Positions 1 to 9,562 of a DNA stretch of 20,114 bases are shown here, piece after piece (the stretch's first letter is position 1; every line of letters begins with the position of its first letter). A program made the position numbers and the translations under genes. The notes beneath the pieces were generated by a model. The model did not search any database. It was not told where the DNA came from and saw nothing but the letters and a program-made list of their open reading frames with translations. The DNA is from Octopus sinensis (lineage: Eukaryota): NCBI RefSeq assembly GCF_006345805.1, contig NW_021824045.1:1-20114 (forward strand). The letters are read 5' to 3'.

Positions 1-203
1 AAACACAGAGAGGGGACAACAAGGACAGATAAACGGATTATGTCGATTATATCGACCCAGTGCGTAACTAGTACTTATTTAATCGACCCCGAAAGGATGA
101 AAGGCAAAGTCGACCTCGGCGGAATTTGAACTCAGAACGTAAAGGCAGACAAAATACGGCTACGCATATCGCCCGGCGTGCTAACGTTTCTGCCAGCTCG
201 TCG
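1..203 (-). mobile_element. tRNA-derived SINE, family B (cut by window edge)
   Basis: Minus strand reads GAGCTGGCAGAAACGTTAGC (A-box-like) ... GAGTTCAAATTCC (B-box-like), then the body shared with copies at 7494-7724 and 13084-13304. Confidence 0.85.
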
Positions 204-231
204 TTAAGCTTTTTGTTCAGCGTGCTAACAA

Positions 232-235
<4 letters not shown>

Positions 236-295
<60 letters not shown>

Positions 296-309
296 TAATA
301 ATAATAATA
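236..309. repeat. (AAT)n microsatellite
   Basis: Direct reading; it explains the poly-N and poly-L ORFs. Confidence 0.97.
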
Positions 310-596
310 GAGTATTGCAGTTTGCTTGAAGCATTGTGTATTGTTTGTAAAGAATAGAAAGTTTTGAATGGTACAACAATGCACTATAATATTAAAAATA
401 AATGGACTGTAAACCTATTGTAATTTAGTTATCCATAGTCCGATGGTACTGTTGGCGGTGATGGTTGTAATAGTGGTGGTGGTGGGTGTAGTTGTTGCAG
501 TGTCGTTGTTCTTTGTCGTGATGGTTGTGGTGGCCATGTAGTGGGGGGAATGGAGAAGACGTCCAAGGAAGAACGGGTGGAATGTAATTTAGAGAG

Positions 597-599
<3 letters not shown>

Positions 600-642
<43 letters not shown>

Positions 643-645
643 TAT
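600..645. repeat. (CA)n microsatellite
   Basis: Direct reading. Confidence 0.95.
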
Positions 646-836
646 GTATATCAAAAGAGGACACGAGGCGTCTACCTGCTAGAAAGTGGAGTTAAGACCT
701 CCAGATAAACGACCAATAACACTGATAAATACAGCAGAAAACAACGGCATTCGGGCAAACTGGTAAAGAATTTAGACATACCATCACAGCTAAACGGTAT
801 ATAGTCTGGCATCATCATCATCATTATATATATATA

Positions 837-1214
837 CTAGCAGTATCGCCCGGCGTTGCTCGGGTTTGTAAGGGAAATAACTATATAAACATTTTTAGAG
901 ATATAAAGTATAATAGCCATCTCAATATGGCTAACCACAAAGGTGGGTGTTACTGTAGCTTTTTACGTTCTGAGATTTAATAATACATTTTTAGAGAGTT
1001 ACTTCCCTTATATAATAGCAAAAAATGCATTAAAATGGGAAAAAATGATGGTAATTTTTTTTAAAATCGTAGACTCATCCTAGACGCGCGCTAATACCCA
1101 GAATCACGACTATAAGATACCCGCTTTTGGTTACACTGCACCGCAAAAAGTGAGAGTAGTTAGGAATCTAAATCGTAGGAGACAGACACACAACTTCACT
1201 TTTATATATAAAGA
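837..1214 (-). mobile_element. Non-autonomous Helitron, 378 bp
   Basis: Minus strand begins A|TCTTTATATATAAAAG and ends in a GC-rich hairpin CCCGAGCAACGCCGGG followed by CGATACTGCTAG|T. This gives 5'-TC, 3'-CTAG, a subterminal hairpin, insertion between A and T, and no TSD, which are the canonical Helitron hallmarks. Confidence 0.85.
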
Positions 1215-1238
1215 TATATATATATACATATGCACACA

Positions 1239-1385
1239 GACGACGGGCTTCTTTCAGTTTCCGTCTATCAAATCCACTCACAAGGATTTAGTCGGCCCGA
1301 GGCTACAGTAGAAGACACTTGCCTAAGGTGCCACGCAGTGGGACTGAACCCGGTACTATGTTACTTACCACCCAGCCACTCTTGC
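1239..1385 (-). mobile_element. SINE family A, 5' half only
   Basis: Matches the head of the full copy at 14647-15059 (GGTTCAGTCCCACTGCGTGGCACC..AGGCAAGTGTCTTCTACT); truncated at the internal microsatellite. Confidence 0.85.
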
Positions 1386-1388
1386 ATC

Positions 1389-1432
<44 letters not shown>

Positions 1433-1443
1433 TTCTCTTATTT

Positions 1444-1565
1444 ATCTGAAGAAGGCTGCAGGGTACATCAGCCGAAACGTGTTAACAACAAACAAGATGA
1501 GGACAAATACCCGTCGAATGTAAATAATGTACATAATTCCTCATCACTTAAATATAGAACTGTAT
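1444..1565 (+). mobile_element. 3' tail fragment of SINE family E carrying a hammerhead-like motif
   Basis: About 91% identical (about 10 mismatches in 122 bp, counted by eye) to the reverse complement of 1637-1758. Confidence 0.8.
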
Positions 1566-1636
1566 ATATATTATATATATATATATACGCACACACACAC
1601 ACACACACACGCGCATACATATATGTATATATATAC

Positions 1637-1811
1637 ATACAGTTCTATATTTAAGAGACGAGGAATTATGTACATTATTTACATTTGACGTATATTTGTC
1701 CTCATCTTGTTTGTTGTTAACACGTTCTGGCTGATATACCCTACAGACTTCTTCAGATGAATTGGAGAAATTTCGAACCTGGGATTTCATTCCTAAGCTT
1801 GTTGTTGTTGC

Positions 1812-1875
<64 letters not shown>

Positions 1876-1987
1876 GTTGTTGTTGTTGTTGTTGCTGTTG
1901 TTGTTGTTGTTGTTCAGGTCACTGCTTGGAATAGAACTCGGAAAATTGGGGTTAGTAGCCCGCGCTCTTAACTACTACGCCGTACGC
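1637..1987 (-). mobile_element. tRNA-headed SINE family E: head + (AAC/AAT)n + tail
   Basis: Minus head GCGTACGGCGTAGTAGTTAAGAGC...CCGAGTTCTATTCC (A/B-box-like) at 1987-1915, microsatellite at about 1799-1914, unique tail at 1797-1637. Confidence 0.75.
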
Positions 1988-2485
1988 ATGTTAGCAATAC
2001 TGTTTAATAGTATTATGAAAGACCCGGAAAAAACTCCTCATTTGATGGCAAATAGTATTACTTACCTTCTCCCCAAATATAACGAAACCAAAGACCCAAA
2101 AAAACTTCCGGCCTATAACATGTTTGCCTACTACCTATAGGATTTTGACATCTATTCTAGCGGAGAAAACATATACGTTTATGGAAGAGAATAACCTCTT
2201 TCCCACTGAACAAAAAGATGAAGACGAGGCTCATACGGATGCAAATATCAGCTCCTAATTAATCGCATGATCCTTGAGAATTGCCATAACAAGCGCAGAA
2301 ATCTCAGCTCTTCATGAATTGATTATAAAAAAGCTTTTGACAGCATACCACATTCGTGGATTCTGAAATCGCTGGACAGTTTCAAAATTTCTCCTGTGAT
2401 CTCAGATTTTTTTACAGAATAACATGTCACTATGGAACACGAAGCTCCAATTATATCATTCCAACAGAACAGTGAACATTTAGTT
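1988..2485 (+). mobile_element. Decayed reverse-transcriptase fragment of an R4/Dong-like non-LTR retrotransposon
   Basis: Manual translation across three frameshifts: ITYLLPKYNETKDPK/NFRPITCLPTTYRILTSIL..NNLFPTEQK/*RRGSYGCKYQLLINRMILENCHNKRRNLSSS*IDYKKAFDSIPHSWILKSL..ISPV/..LQNNMSLWNTKLQL. The RPITCLPT, QKGxRRGSYGCK and IDYKKAFDS.PHSW motifs are typical of R4-clade RT. Confidence 0.88.
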
Positions 2486-3219
2486 TCCTGGATGAACACA
2501 GGAACACAATCACATGTGCATACGGAATACATATGAACACACACGCACTCCAACACTTAGAAACACGTACACTTGTGCCTTATCTTGATACGCGCACCCA
2601 CGAGTACAAATTTATCCTCATGCACACACGTACCTTTACACATTAATCAATGCAGGCAAACCACAATCTACAAGAGTTGTATTGACTTCAACAAAAGAGT
2701 CTTGCCGCTTTGTTAGTGACCGGCTAGAATTCTACAAAAGAAAAGAAAAAAAATTATATATTTCCCAAAAGAAACATACACACACGCACGCGGGCACACG
2801 CTCATACATACATACATACATACATGCACATATGCATGTGTGTGTAATGGGTGTAAGGGAGATGATAGTGAAGGAAACTTATAAATCAAATCAACGCTGG
2901 TGTTAAAGTGACAGACGGAGGGTGGAGTGGATTAAGCTGTTAGAACTTGTCATATTTGAGTGTGTGTGTGATTGTGTGTGTGTGTGTATGTGTGTGTTTC
3001 AATGTGCGTATGTATGTGTATGTGTGCACGTGTGTGTGATATAATTTCTACAAAGAAACGTGACACTAAGCTCCGGTATAAATTTATATATTTGTATGTG
3101 TATGCTCGCGTGCGCGCGCTCGCGCACGCGTGTGTGTATGTGTGTGTGCATATATGCATATATATATATTTATAGATTTATAGATTAAAAATAAAATAAA
3201 GACTGATATATATATGCAT

Positions 3220-3268
<49 letters not shown>

Positions 3269-3305
3269 GGAGTGTGCTTGAGTATGTGTGTGTGTGTGTG
3301 TGTGG

Positions 3306-3882
3306 TAGGCATAGGTATGGCTGTGTGGTAAGAAGCTTGCTTCCCAACCATATGATTCCGGGTTCAGTCCATATGCGTGGCATCTTAAGCAAGTGTCTTC
3401 TACTATAGCCTCGGGCCAACCAAAGCCTTATGAGTGGATTTGGTGGACAGAAATATTTTCCCTTGGGACTGGCCAGATTGGAGCAATCTCAAGAATAATC
3501 AGCCGAAATGGTGATGATAATCTGGTACTTGACTGAGGATAGAGGCTTCAAATGACCCGTCCTTGTTTTCTTTGTATCGTCTATCTGGATGTTTTGTTGT
3601 CCCTTTTTGTATCACCTAGCTGTCCGGATGTTTTGCGTCCTTGTCCCATTTTGTATTATATATGTGTGTGTGTGTGTGTGTGTGTCTGCGTCCCCCGCCA
3701 TCGTCTGGCAATCGATGTTGGTATGCTTATGTTTCCGTAATCTAGCGGTAAGGCAAAAGAAACCGATGGAACAAGTACTAAATTTACAAAGAATAAGTCC
3801 TGGGGTCGATTTCTTCGACTGAAACCATTTAAGGCGGTGCTCCAGCATGGCCGCAGTCAAATGACTGAAACAAGCAAAAGAA
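3306..3882 (+). mobile_element. SINE family A interrupted by an unrelated insert
   Basis: Head at 3306-3453 and tail at about 3686-3882 (..GCGGTGCTCCAGCATGGCCGCAGTCAAATGACTGAAACAAG) both match other family A copies. Confidence 0.8.
3454..3660. repeat. Unclassified insert within SINE A, with a short internal tandem duplication
   Basis: Not present in other family A copies; TTGTATC...GGATGTTTTG..GTCCC occurs twice (about 3571-3650). Confidence 0.5.
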
Positions 3883-4005
3883 CACCTACGTAGATTCAAC
3901 CACAATTACATATAGAGAGAGTGGGGGAGAGAAGAGGAAGTGAGCATAAGGTGTTCGTCCTGCTCTTGTCTTGCCTGAGTATAGCCGCTGTGTCAGCGGT
4001 ATTAT

Positions 4006-4041
4006 AGTAGTAGTAGTAGAAATAGTAGTAGTTAGTTAGTT

Positions 4042-4078
<37 letters not shown>
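4006..4078. repeat. (TAG)n microsatellite
   Basis: Direct reading. Confidence 0.93.
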
Positions 4079-4328
4079 TATTGCTTGGTTGTTGGGGTGG
4101 CTGTGTTTGTTACCGATTGTAACCTTCAACTACGAATGAGAAACTGCATTTAAATGTTCCCTAAAACCTGAAGGCACTTGATCCACGCGCAGTGCTATAA
4201 GATGTAAGGGGGTGAGCTAACGAAGTAGTATTTTCGTTGTCATTCGAATTGCTATAAACAGCAGCCAGTCATTTTAAAATAGGAAGGAAACACGGGATAA
4301 CGTAATTCTAAATAAAATAATCATATAT

Positions 4329-4422
4329 GGGCGATTTGGCAGAACCGTTAAAGCTTCGGCTATAGTGCCTGGCATGTATGCTCCGACACCCAGCGCTTTG
4401 AGTTCAAATATCGCCGAGGTAA
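4329..4422 (+). mobile_element. Old, diverged SINE B-like head
   Basis: GGCGATTTGGCAGAACCGTTA ... TGAGTTCAAATATCGCCGAGGT resembles the family B head. Confidence 0.6.
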
Positions 4423-4862
4423 AATTTTGATAGAAACAGACGTGTCTGTTTTGGCAGAGGAATTCAAATTAGTGGTACTGAGTAAGATAGATGAGGAACC
4501 CATTTTCATGTGGTTTCTTTACATCTAGAACTGTTAACATGTTTCAAATCCTGCGGATCCGAAGCACTGTTCACCTTATGACCATATTGAAACATGCGTA
4601 GGCACTTTTTATGATTATTTTTCTGTTAATTTATGTTCCTTTAAATCATATTTATATTAAATGGTTTGCTATGTTTTTATCTTGATACAAATAAAATAAA
4701 TATCCCTTATATATATTTTCCTTCATTTTCTTATATTAATATAACTGTAAATTAGGCTGGTTATCCTTATATATTGTGAAAATCCTCTCAATATATCATC
4801 AATAACACCAGTTGAAGTTTGGATTTTATAATCACTAAGGAAGAAATTGACTATATACATAC

Positions 4863-4905
<43 letters not shown>

Positions 4906-4908
4906 TAG

Positions 4909-5071
4909 GACGAGCTTCTTTCAGTTTTCCGTCTACCAAATTCACTCTCAAGGCTTTGATCGGCCTGAGGCTATAGTAGAAGACACTTGTTCAAGGTGCC
5001 GCACAGTGGGTCTGAACCCGGAACTATGTGGTTGAGAAGCAAGTTTCTTACAACACCACCACGCCTGCGCC
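4909..5071 (-). mobile_element. SINE family A, 5' half only
   Basis: Same head sequence as other copies; ends at the (TA)n tract at 4855-4907. Confidence 0.85.
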
Positions 5072-6088
5072 TATAGTTAACCGTGTTTTTAATCTATGGA
5101 TCTCTTTTTCTACTATTTTATTTTTGTGGACTGCTATAGCTATTCGATGTTTAAAAAACTAGTTTTATAAAAACTTCTTTCAAAATTGCTATTTTTTTTG
5201 TCAGGCATTAACTTTTGTAGGTCGGAACTCCAGGAGCCATTTAACTCTGGTTGAGAACCACTAACTGTAGTCTCCCGACTAAAATGTTTTTTAATCAGAA
5301 ATCATCTCAAATCGAAATAACGACAATATCAAGATTCAGCAACGATGACGACGACAAGAGCATCAACCACTAAGTCGACAATAGCAATATTAAGAACAAC
5401 ACCACTACCACCACCAACAACAGTAATAATAGCAGCAACAATAGCAGCAGCAGCAACAGCGACAATAACAGAAGCCAACGGAGTCGGGAAGCCATTAAAA
5501 AAAAAATTTAAACAGCGTTTTCCAGTCGAGACATCTTGGAACACGAGGCTTCCGCTAGAGCTCGTAAGGGGATTTGCTGGGAACAGTAATAAATAGGTCA
5601 ATTATATGTAAATTAATTCTCGACGAATTTTTGTGTTCAATATTGTTATATTTTTTTTTATTTTTGAAAAAAAAAAAAATCACATTTTTTGCTTATTTAC
5701 ATCATATTTTTACTGGAATAAAAAAAAATGAAAAAGACATTTTAAGTATAAACGATCAAATTATCGATAAAATGCAACGACCCATTTATCTCATTAAGCA
5801 AACAAACCAAAAGATATAAAAAAAGATGGGGATTCAGCCGTAGAAGATGATGGGGGAAGGAGTGACGGATTAAGCAGCCGAAGATTGGGGTGAGGGATTT
5901 ACGGGTTGTAAACCCCTAGGACAAATGACGCGTTCAGTCGTGCTTCGTAGATATGATCGCAAAGGTGTTGCCGCAGTGAATGGCCAGCGACACTCGCTGC
6001 AACAGCCACAAGTCCGTTTTCGGAATCGCCAATTATCTCCATAAAATCCTAGAAAACCTCCCAGGTAAGAAGAATTGTGTGTCTCGAG

Positions 6089-6890
6089 CAGCGTTTCTCA
6101 AACACTTTTATTCCCGGAATCCCCTTAAATTGCGGTACTCTCTTTTACTCTCTTACTCTTTTACTTGTTTCAGTCATTTGACTGCGGCCATGCTGGAGCA
6201 CTGCCTTTAGTCGAGCAAATCGACCCCGGGACTTATTCTTTGTAAGCCCAGTACTTGTTCTATCGGTCTCTTTTGCCGAACCGCTAAGTGACGGGGACGT
6301 AAACACACCAGCATCGGCTGTCAAGCAATGCTAGGGGGACAAACACAGACACACAAACACACACACACATACAAAATATATATATACATATATACGACAG
6401 GCTTCTTTCAGTTTCCGTCTACCAAATCCACTCACAAGGCATTGGTCGGCCCGAGGCTATAGCAGAAGACACTTGCCGAAGATGCCACGCAGTGGGACTG
6501 AACCCGGAACCATGTGGTTGGTTAGCAAGCTACTTACCACACAGCCACTTGTAATTTTTTTGTACAAGCACACCATATTCCCTTTGGCTGGAAAATCCTG
6601 ACATTCATAGATAATAATTCGACCCTGTGAGAAAAATTACCTCTTCGTTGGGTATTGTATGAGAATTTGCCTTCTTGAAGTCTTTTTTGTGGTGTCTGAT
6701 GGATTAAGTAAATAATACCAAAAGACTTTCAAAGATACTTTTATTATTTGTTTAATTTCTTACGGGATTTACCTTTATTTAAGAGAAAGAATAAAGGATT
6801 AATGAGTATATATAAAAAGGGTTTAATGTAGTGGCTCCCTTAGAATAATTTCATGGGTGTTCCAGGAATAAAAGTGTTTGAGAACCACTG
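6089..6890. mobile_element. hAT-like MITE with a SINE A inside
   Basis: Termini CAGCGTTTCTCAAAC and GTTTGAGAACCACTG match the CAGTGGTTCTCAAAC-type TIR of hAT/Charlie elements; flanked on both sides by CTCGAG. Confidence 0.65.
6140..6550 (-). mobile_element. SINE family A, near full length
   Basis: Head, internal (CA)/(TA) slot and (GAGTAAAA)-like tail are all present. Confidence 0.9.
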
Positions 6891-7326
6891 CTCGAGACAC
6901 GCAATTCTTACCTGGGAGATTTTCTAGGATTTTATGGAGATAATTGGCGATTCCGAAAACGGACTTGTTTACGGGTGGAAATATTCTAGCTCTCATTTGC
7001 TATCACTCCGCATTGCACGATACACGATACATTTTTATCGGCTCTTTATGACTCAACACTAATTTCACCTTATATTTTAAGGATAATTTGTTACAAATCT
7101 ATGGACAATGAACATACAATAGAATTTCAGTAGAAAGAAAGATTGTTATTTTCCATTCGAATATGTGATAGAAGTAGTCATGAAATGTCTGAATCAAGAC
7201 AAAATCGTAGAATGATAGACGTTGATAATACCACCGTTACCACAAAGATCATCGCTAAGAAATATTTATCAGAAACAACAAATTCTTTGGGAATAGTCAA
7301 CTGAGGGTGGAAGAAATAATTGAAAT

Positions 7327-7493
7327 ATTGGTTTGAAATTTTGGCACAAGACCAGAAATTTCAGGAAAGGGGATAAATCTGTTACATCTACTCCATGCTC
7401 AATTGATACTTATTTTATCAACCCCGAAATGATGAAATGTAAAGTCAACATCGGCGGAATTTGAACTCAGAACGTAAAGACAGACGAAATACC
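7327..7493 (-). mobile_element. Older SINE B variant lacking its own head
   Basis: Diverged body (ATCAACCCCGAAATGATGAAATG..GGCGGAATTTGAACTCAGAACG) directly abutting the next copy. Confidence 0.75.
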
Positions 7494-7724
7494 TATTTCT
7501 TTACTACCCACAAGGGGCTAAACACAGAGAGGACAAACAAGGACAGACAAACGGATTAAGTCGATTACATGGACCCCAGTGCGTAACTGGTACTTATTTA
7601 ATCGACCTCGAAAGGATGAAAGGCAAAGTCGACCTTGACGGAATTTGAACTCAGAACGTAGCGGCAGACGAAATACTGCTGAGCATTTCGCCCGGCGTGC
7701 TCACGATGTCGCCAGCTTCTGCCC
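7494..7724 (-). mobile_element. SINE family B
   Basis: High identity to 1-203 and 13084-13304. Confidence 0.9.
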
Positions 7725-7881
7725 TAAAAGTAATAGCAATATTAGACATGTATTTATATGAATTGATATTTGTATTGTTATCATTTATTTTGTTTCAATT
7801 TGAGATGCAGGATATTAAGAAAGGAGCATCAAATTCTTTACCAATACTTATAGTGGTTTTTGCTTGATTCATTTTCTTTAA

Positions 7882-8447
7882 CCCAGTTACTGCCAATTTT
7901 TTAATAAATATTTTTGGGCTTTGCCAGGTGTCTTAAGACTTCAAATAATATGTAGTATTTAAATTTTCTTCATATGTGAATTACCTTGGAAATTATGATA
8001 AATTTTTCGAAAATCCCAAATGGGGATCGCTTAAAATATAAAGCTTATTTATCTTTTTCTATTCATTTTCAATAATAAACATTTTTTTAAAAACTATAGT
8101 ATCAAATGCGAATGTGTATGAAATATCAATGAATGATATAGATGGGAAATGCAAAAATAAAAAAAAAACGATTTCAAAACAGTCAATATTTTTGTAGTTC
8201 AAAAATTGCGATTTATAACATAAAATTAACCAGAGCTAATAATGACAAACTTCAACTACTAAATATTGTTAAACACGCATTGCGTAGGAGTAGCTGTGTT
8301 TGCTTACGAACCACATGGTTCCGGGTTCAGTCCCACTGCGTGGCACCTTGGGCAAGTGTCTTCTACTATAGCCTCTGGCCGACCAAAGTCTTGTGAGTGG
8401 ATTTGGTTGACGGAAACTAAAAGAAGCCCGTCGTATATATGTATATT

Positions 8448-8483
<36 letters not shown>

Positions 8484-8791
8484 AGTGTGTGTGTGTTTGT
8501 GTGTCCGTGTTTGTAACCCCGAACATCGCATAACAATCGATGCTGGTGTGTTTACATCCCCGTAACTTAGCAGTTCGGCAAAAGAGAACCGATAAAATAA
8601 GTACTAGGCTTACAAAGACTAAGTCCTGGGGTCGATTTGCTCGACTAAAATGACTGAAACAAGTAAAAGACTAGAAGACTAAAAGACACCTCTGTAAATG
8701 GAAATAAGCAATTCACTTTAAAAACCACGAACAACCGGCAGTGAGACTGTTTTTAGTAGATCCCCAAATGGGGCTCATGGCAGGCAATGGG
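7882..8791. mobile_element. Possible piggyBac-type non-autonomous element containing a SINE A
   Basis: TTAA|CCCAGTTACTGCCA at the left and TGGCAGGCAATGGG|TTAA at the right (11/14 match as TIRs, CCC ends, TTAA flanks); shared internal motif CCCAAATGGGG near 8015 and 8763. Confidence 0.5.
8281..8670 (+). mobile_element. SINE family A (small deletions in head and tail)
   Basis: Colinear with 14647-15059. Confidence 0.88.
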
Positions 8792-9244
8792 TTAATACTG
8801 ATTTCAATCCTTTGAAGCCGCGGTCATGTTCTACCGATTACGATTTAGTTTGGTTTTAATCGTGGGGACGCAGAGAGAGGCGGTCACATGCTTTTGTGCT
8901 TACGGTTGAAAATAACGATGTTTCTGTCTATTAAAGAACAGTAAACAAAAACCATACGACCGCGTACTTTTTCATCTTCCAAAATCATGCCCGCTAAAGC
9001 GTAGTCTTGTTTTCAAAGGTTTAGGCATGGTATTGTCAATGTTATAATTGTGTTATATACAAAACTATTTTCATATCTGTGAGTGAAAAGAAATCGGGAC
9101 GGAGAATTGGTAAAGGACGGAAATATATATATGTATGTGTGTCGATATACATATATACTTACATACATGCATGCATGCATGCATTCATACATACATACAT
9201 ACATACATACATACATACATACATACATACATACATACATGCAT

Positions 9245-9562
9245 TATGGCTGCCCCCTCGTTATCGAGTATGGCCATTGCACGAAGTTTAACTGTTACTG
9301 GTGCTGTGATCGAATGTGACTTTTTAGCCCAGCTAAAGATCTACAATGTCTTGTACAGAATTGGAAACTTAAACCTTTACCGGTAATAGCCGGCTGTAGT
9401 TGTAACTGGGATTCATGTACCTTTGCATGTCGTTTAAGTCCTCCTGCCGAATAACACTCTCTTCCACATGCTCTACAGATATGATTAGTATGGTGTTTTA
9501 CACCACCACCAGTGGCCAGGTTATCACTCATCTGTTTCGCTTTATGACTACGAAGATGACTA
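9245..9562 (-). mobile_element. C2H2 zinc-finger-coding fragment, probably the 5'-truncated 3' end of an RTE-like LINE
   Basis: Open frame ..SHLRSH..CRACGRECYSAGGLKRHAKVH..[F]QFCTRHCRSLAGLKSHIRSQH* (stop at 9295-9297); no TGEKP linkers; about 50-nt 3' UTR; (CATA)n tracts on both sides (9183-9241, 9562-9630). The zinc fingers are clear; the LINE assignment is inference. Confidence 0.6.

Larger units (their letters stand above)
6008..6968. repeat. Long inverted repeat (arms about 6008-6131 and 6848-6968)
   Basis: Outer arms 6008-6088 and 6891-6968 differ by 2 substitutions and one 3-bp indel; pairing continues about 40 bp inward. Confidence 0.92.

Noticed and set aside
68-664. Poly-L, poly-N and His/Cys-Val-rich ORFs
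   Set aside because: They are translations of (AAT)n, (CA)n and (GGT/GTT)-rich tracts plus antisense SINE sequence; no domain signal.
1915-1987. tRNA-like sequences (also 12988-13060, 19815-19891 and the heads of families A and B)
   Set aside because: They have A/B-box-like motifs but no complete cloverleaf or acceptor stem that I can verify, and they run directly into repeat bodies, so they are SINE heads and not tRNA genes.
3095-3140. Alternating purine-pyrimidine (GC/GT) run with Z-DNA potential
   Set aside because: An ordinary degenerate (TG)n derivative; such tracts are ubiquitous in this window.
3490-3570. CTGAGGA and CAGCCGAAA motifs suggesting a third hammerhead
   Set aside because: The elements are in the wrong order or lack a GAAA after a stem II, so no coherent fold can be drawn.
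5329-5601. Thr/Ala-rich and Val-rich overlapping ORFs
   Set aside because: Degenerate trinucleotide (ACA/GCA/CCA) low-complexity sequence.
9295-9562. Member of a host C2H2-ZNF gene cluster
   Set aside because: Few fingers, no TGEKP-type linkers, no splice acceptor, microsatellite on both sides and a very short 3' region; a retroelement end fits better, though a host origin is not excluded.
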